Below the pieces are notes generated by a model, which saw only the letters and a program-made list of their open reading frames with translations, did not search any database and was not told where the DNA came from. A stretch of DNA of 64,000 bases. It comes from an uncultured bacterium. Lineage in GTDB: Bacteria > Zixibacteria > MSB-5A5 > GN15 > FEB-12. The stretch lies in contig CBDVDR010000003.1 in NCBI GenBank assembly GCA_965372795.1, positions 32,001-96,000 on the forward strand, given 5' to 3'. A program made the position numbers and the translations under genes. Below, piece after piece: positions 59,995 to 64,000 of the stretch; position 1 is the stretch's first letter, and the number at the start of each line of letters is the position of its first letter.

Positions 59995-60759
59995 ATGATA
60001 AATTTAAATAAAAATTCAAAAAATATCCCAGTCATAGATTCTCATTGTCATTTTGGATCTGGTGAAGGCTTAACCCACCATTGGAACACAAGGGCAAATT
60101 TAAGCAAGTATAAACCCAGAGCAAGAGCTGCCGGAATAATTCGCACTGTTTTATTCCCGGTTATTACTACCGATTGTTTAAAAGCAAACAGAGAAGTTGG
60201 TCTGTTTATTAAAAAAAATCCAAATAAGTATTTTGGTTTTGCTATGATTCATCCCGTCATTGATAAAAATAGAGTGTTCAAAATGATTGAAGAATCGGTT
60301 GTGAAATTTGGTTTTTGTGGAATTAAAGTTCATCGCCATAGCGGTAGTATTACCAGAGAAATCTGTGAAGTTGCTCAATATTTTTCGATACCAATATTAT
60401 ATGATGTGATGGATGATGCCGGGTCGATTGAATTTTTTGCAAATGAATATCCGGAGGTGAATTTTATTATACCTCATCTAAGTTCTTTTGGAAATAATTG
60501 GAAAGCTCAAAAAAGTTTTATTCCATATCTGACAGAATACCCTAATGTGTTTACTGATTCTTCAGGTGTTCAATGGTTTGATTTGTTGAAGGAAGCTTTT
60601 GAAAAAGCTGGTGCTGAAAAAATACTTTTTGGTTCGGACGGTCCCTGGCTACACCCTGCTGTTGAACTTTCGAAAATAATGTTGTTAACAACAAATCGGG
60701 AAATGTTATATTTAATGTTAATTCAAAATATTCTCAGACTTACAAATCAAAAACTATAA
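59995..60759 (+). CDS. Amidohydrolase_2 family metallohydrolase
   Basis: IDSHCH, GIKVH, FIIPHL, NVFTDSS, KILFGSDGP. Confidence 0.9.
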   Translation: MINLNKNSKNIPVIDSHCHFGSGEGLTHHWNTRANLSKYKPRARAAGIIRTVLFPVITTDCLKANREVGLFIKKNPNKYFGFAMIHPVIDKNRVFKMIEESVVKFGFCGIKVHRHSGSITREICEVAQYFSIPILYDVMDDAGSIEFFANEYPEVNFIIPHLSSFGNNWKAQKSFIPYLTEYPNVFTDSSGVQWFDLLKEAFEKAGAEKILFGSDGPWLHPAVELSKIMLLTTNREMLYLMLIQNILRLTNQKL

Positions 60760-60797
60760 TAATTTATTCTTTGTAAAAAAAATATTGCTTCAAAATT

Positions 60798-62240
60798 TTA
60801 ACTAATAATATTTTTTAGGGTTTCATATTTTTTTTCAAGCTGTTGTGCCCATCGTTTTGAGCACTGCAGTTGATTGGCCGCATCCGAAAGTATTTTTTCC
60901 TTTTTAATCTGATTTCCATTTTGTTTTTTAAGTACATCATTTATTACAATTTGCAAAGCCATCTCTCTGATTTTTTCAATTATAAGTGTCAGTCCATTAC
61001 CGCTAAATAGTGCCCGTCTTAAAGAGGATTCCAAATCTCTATCGGGCCAAAGGATATCCTCTTCTGAATCACTTAGAAAATCCTCTTCAGGGATACAACC
61101 AATTGATAGAAGGGTTCTGTCACTTGCAAGATGAGCAATTTTGAGAACCAGATGTTTTAATTCTCTAACATTTCCGGGATAATTTCTGTTATATAAAAAA
61201 TCCATCACATGTTGATCTAAAACAAACGCCGTAGATTTATTATTGAACTGATTTAGAAAATGCTCTACTAGCAATAAAATATCATCTCTCCGTTCACTTA
61301 GAGAAGGTAATTTGAATAACCAGTTTGTGATGCGAAAATATAAATCGCTTCGAAAATTCCCCTGAGCAACATCCTTTTTGATATCTCTATTAGTTGCACT
61401 AATTAATCTAAATTTGGTTTTTCTCCAAACACTTGAACCGACTCTTTGATATGTTCCCTCCTGCATTACGCGTAATAGTTGAGACTGCAACGTCAGCGGT
61501 AAATCACCTATTTCATCTAAAAATAGGGTGCCTCCATTAGCAATTTCAAAAGCACCTTTTCTTGAGTTTACAGCTCCTGTAAAAGCTCCTCTTTCATGTC
61601 CAAAAAATTCACTGCCAGAAAGTTCGGGGACAATAGTGGTGCAGTCTAAAATTACATATTTACCTTTATTTTGTTTGGGATCCAAATCGTGAATTAGATT
61701 GGCAATTACTTCTTTTCCTGTCCCGCTTTCGCCGGTTATCAAGATCGAATCCAGAGTAAAATAAGCAACCTCTACAACTTTTCTAATTACATTTTTCCAT
61801 AGTTTATTATTACCAATAACGGCATTTTTTGAACAAGAAATTTTTAAAAGCTCTTCAACTTTTGACCAGCGTTTTATTCTATAAAATATCTCATCTGGTG
61901 TAATAGATTCTGATTCCCAGGATAAAAAATCTACCGATCCGGCACGAACAACTTTTTTTGCAAACTGATAATTTTGTTTATTATCCTTCAGCCCTATAAC
62001 CAGTACGCTTGAGTATATTTGCAAACTGCTAATAGTGGTGAATAATTCGTCATTTAGATCATCACAAAATAAAACATTTAAACAGTTATCACTTACAGTT
62101 AATTGTTTTGTAGATTCAATCTCTTCCAAACCAAATTTAAGGAATTTGTTACGAACAATATTTTCAATCAAACTATTTGGTTTACAAAAAAAATGAAGTT
62201 TGATGATAAATAAATTATTATATGAAAACAATAAACACAT
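60798..62240 (-). CDS. Sigma54-dependent transcriptional activator (bEBP) with atypical N-terminal domain
   Basis: [52 protein letters not shown]. Confidence 0.95.
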   Translation of the reverse strand: MCLLFSYNNLFIIKLHFFCKPNSLIENIVRNKFLKFGLEEIESTKQLTVSDNCLNVLFCDDLNDELFTTISSLQIYSSVLVIGLKDNKQNYQFAKKVVRAGSVDFLSWESESITPDEIFYRIKRWSKVEELLKISCSKNAVIGNNKLWKNVIRKVVEVAYFTLDSILITGESGTGKEVIANLIHDLDPKQNKGKYVILDCTTIVPELSGSEFFGHERGAFTGAVNSRKGAFEIANGGTLFLDEIGDLPLTLQSQLLRVMQEGTYQRVGSSVWRKTKFRLISATNRDIKKDVAQGNFRSDLYFRITNWLFKLPSLSERRDDILLLVEHFLNQFNNKSTAFVLDQHVMDFLYNRNYPGNVRELKHLVLKIAHLASDRTLLSIGCIPEEDFLSDSEEDILWPDRDLESSLRRALFSGNGLTLIIEKIREMALQIVINDVLKKQNGNQIKKEKILSDAANQLQCSKRWAQQLEKKYETLKNIIS

Positions 62241-62893
62241 AATCTATTTCGTTTATTTAATTATTCTTTGAACAATCTTAGTTATGAATTCTAGTTGCGT
62301 TGTTAACGTCACCATACTATATACGCTGCCTATTATCAATTGATTATGAAAAAAAAATATAAAATGAATAGATATTGTCTATAATAAAAAAGAATGAAAT
62401 GTCATTGGATGAACTAAAATGTTCAGTGATTTTGTGTGTCGATGAATTTTACTTGAGCCAGTATTTTCTTACTGAAAATGTTGAGTGTGATTGTTATTTT
62501 GGACTTTCAGTTCAGATATTTATTGTCAAATAATATTATTTTAATAAATATTATAATAGAATGACAAAATTGACACCATTGCAAATTATATTACTCTATA
62601 TAAATTGAATAATATCGTTTAACATAGAATTGCATAAGTAATATTCTATAATGCCAATATCCATTGGCCTTCCTAAATTTTAATTTTCGAAATTGTATTT
62701 AAATCGTTAACCCAAAATCTATTTTTTAGAGGTTTTGCAAAGCATCAATAAATATGAATTTCATATCAGAGCTCATACGAGAAAGGTATGTCTTTGATTA
62801 ACATAACACTAGGATGTTATAACATTTAAACATGGAGGTAGTTGCATTTATTGATTAACAGCAGTTTTTAAACTTTTTGTAGGGAGTCAAGAA

Positions 62894-64000
62894 ATGTACA
62901 AAAAAATGTTTCTTGTATTGTTTTTTGTGGTGATTCTTGCTATGTCGGTAATTGCCGATAAAGACACCAAACAATCATGGGCGGCATCACCGTGCGCCAC
63001 TTGTCAAATTGATATCCCCGAAGTAACAACTATTCATGACCAGTTAGGATATGGAATTATGTCCGACCACATCGTAACTGGTAGTTCCAGCGGGATATTT
63101 GCATCTTATGTCGATGTTTCATTTAGAATTCCAGATACAGATGCATCAGTCACCATTAATTTCCGGGAAGTGTACTTATTTGATGCAACTTATACTGTAA
63201 GTCAAGAATCAGTTGATGGATATGATTGGTTTCATATCCATATTACATCACATGCTCGAATATATGACGATACACCAATATTCAGATTTCAGGTTGTTAA
63301 AATGGGTTGTGTAGCTGAAACGCATGATCTTCCAATTGAGCTCGCACAATCTTCTTTTGGGCAAAACCAATTTGGTGTCTCCGGTGATACATACACAATT
63401 GGTATTAAAAACAATGGAGCTCAAAAGATTGAAGAACCTAATGTATATGTCCATGTAATTCCGGATGGTGAAGACTGGACTTATATATATGAGAGTTATG
63501 TCGGTGCCATAGTAAGTGTGCCTGTTTATTTCCAATGTAATCTTGATTACCCGGGTGGATTTGAAGTAACAGTCTCTCATAATACTAATTTAATTTTTGA
63601 TTCATGGACCCCCTCCTATTACTCCTACAATGCAACTGTAGATGCATCAGTAGAGGGTGAAGTGACATTCACTATGGGTCCAAATTCACTTAGCGTGACC
63701 GAGCCGGATTTTCCTGATACTAGATTTTTAACAATTGATTTTAAAATTGACGATGATGTAACCCCAGGCTCGGAGTTTTATTTAGGAATAGTTGAAGACT
63801 ACAGGTTTACTACTTGTGACGATTATGAATATTTCGATCATTATGATCAGGATGTTGTTAGGGTAAATACAGCACTTGAAGAGATTACTGTTAAGTTGCA
63901 AAGTATGGCAGTATATAATGATGATATGGGTTTTGCGTGGGGTGTATCAATCAATACGCCGGTTCCTATTAAAACTGATGCTCCTGATGAGGAGTATAAT
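62894..64000 (+). CDS. Secreted beta-rich (cohesin-like) protein, truncated by window end
   Basis: Own translation: GGGAG RBS, MYKKMFLVLFFVVILAMSVIA signal, 369 codons without a stop; VGAIVSVPVYFQ..GGFEVTVSH resembles cohesin strands. Confidence 0.75.
   Translation, partial: MYKKMFLVLFFVVILAMSVIADKDTKQSWAASPCATCQIDIPEVTTIHDQLGYGIMSDHIVTGSSSGIFASYVDVSFRIPDTDASVTINFREVYLFDATYTVSQESVDGYDWFHIHITSHARIYDDTPIFRFQVVKMGCVAETHDLPIELAQSSFGQNQFGVSGDTYTIGIKNNGAQKIEEPNVYVHVIPDGEDWTYIYESYVGAIVSVPVYFQCNLDYPGGFEVTVSHNTNLIFDSWTPSYYSYNATVDASVEGEVTFTMGPNSLSVTEPDFPDTRFLTIDFKIDDDVTPGSEFYLGIVEDYRFTTCDDYEYFDHYDQDVVRVNTALEEITVKLQSMAVYNDDMGFAWGVSINTPVPIKTDAPDEEYN

Noticed and set aside
51795..60759. Prophage or contractile injection system
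   Set aside because: No recognisable integrase, terminase, capsid, sheath, tube or baseplate genes
197..63580. Numerous 60-160 aa ORFs antisense to or nested in confident genes (e.g. 758, 1103, 9392, 11160, 24407, 45949, 52079, 63248)
   Set aside because: Shadow frames of well-supported genes, with no recognisable motifs

Overview
AT-rich window from a diderm (LPS-making) bacterium; the gene style suggests an FCB-group organism such as Zixibacteria, but this is inference only. Positions 1-39.4 kb are mostly housekeeping: gdhA with a receiver/PPDK-domain neighbour, a TonB receptor, ffh-rpsP-khpA-rimM-trmD-rplS, rnhB-yraN, ispG, rqcH, fumC, lysS, coaD, lptC, kdsA/C/D-lpxL, yhaM and fetAB, plus a small accessory and repeat patch at 17-20.5 kb. 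From tRNA-Ser(GGA) at 39372 the window is accessory DNA in four parts. (i) An att-bounded island carries a cNMP-binding pseudo-kinase, a DUF3307 membrane protein and a STAND-TPR nucleotide cyclase. (ii) At 46.8-53.4 kb, single-gene cassettes are separated by shuffled repeat modules: tRNA 3' copies and mimics, REP-like palindromes, GAA mini-hairpins and a portable sigma70 promoter. (iii) A holin plus amidase pair occurs with no phage genes. (iv) The best candidate for an undescribed system is a six-gene operon behind a clear sigma54 promoter, with its own convergent sigma54 activator. It encodes an alternating acidic/cationic precursor-like protein, an HEXXH protein, a 630-aa unknown, a PLP oxoamine-synthase-like enzyme, an acidic-leader peptidoglycan-binding peptidase and an amidohydrolase. 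All family calls come from motif recognition by eye; no database search was run.
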